Of a stretch of DNA of 64,000 bases, positions 63,804 to 64,000 are shown one piece after another; positions within the stretch are counted from its first letter, which is position 1, and the number at the start of each line of letters is the position of its first letter. Under the pieces are notes generated by a model, which saw nothing but the letters and a program-made list of their open reading frames with translations, did not search any database and was not told the origin of the DNA. The stretch is from Vermamoeba vermiformis (Eukaryota). A program made the translations under genes and the position numbers. The stretch spans positions 124,001-188,000 of the forward strand of contig JBEWZL010000162.1 of assembly GCA_045837725.1 (NCBI GenBank). Direction: 5' to 3'.

Positions 63804-64000
63804 TAAAATATTATTTTAAAATTAAATTAAATATTTTTTTCGACCTAGGTCTTATTTTTAAAACGGCCATAAAAGATCACTATTTAGTTAGCGGAAATAT
63901 AGGATATGCTGATATTTAACGGCTTATTATTAGATATTTCGTATTGCAATCAAATGTCGAACGGTCTCTTCAGACAGATCGTGTCGCAGATTCCGAAACT

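Noticed and set aside
1-64000. Prokaryotic operon, defence island or CRISPR array
   Set aside because: Nearly all genes, including bacterial-like ones, carry spliceosomal introns; no repeat-spacer array seen.

Overview
Gene-dense eukaryotic DNA with short GT-AG introns (mostly 40-200 nt, GTAAGT donors, CTAA-type branch points). The gene set (DacB/PBP4, ELAPOR-like, RasGEF, poly-Asn tracts) suggests a free-living bacterivorous amoeba, probably Amoebozoa; this is inference. I reconstructed about 30 mostly multi-exon genes by hand. They include two tandem LRR-coiled coil-SAM-SAM-U-box genes, several secreted or GPI-anchored surface proteins, a GT32 glycosyltransferase, a duplicated ELAPOR-like receptor, five F-box(-like) genes, cytidine deaminase, a YjjX-like NTPase, a PA-domain multi-TM receptor next to an ANK-LRR-RGS gene, CTNNBL1, a HugZ-like protein, a GATA-PHD factor, cytochrome b5, an alkaline-phosphatase-superfamily enzyme and DacB/PBP4. 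Most notable: (1) the LRR-SAM-U-box pair with strictly modular 84-bp LRR exons, a candidate innate-immune sensor-E3 ligase family; (2) a 103-bp TG...CA insertion with a 6-bp target-site duplication that can be spliced in frame; (3) a cytosolic protein with a leukocidin/hemolysin-like pore-forming hairpin; (4) a VCPIP1-type OTU fused to PFU-PUL; (5) an intronless CBM6 plus His-rich-domain gene that looks bacterial. I saw no rRNA, tRNA or CRISPR. All domain calls are from motif recognition, not database searches, and exon boundaries are manual.
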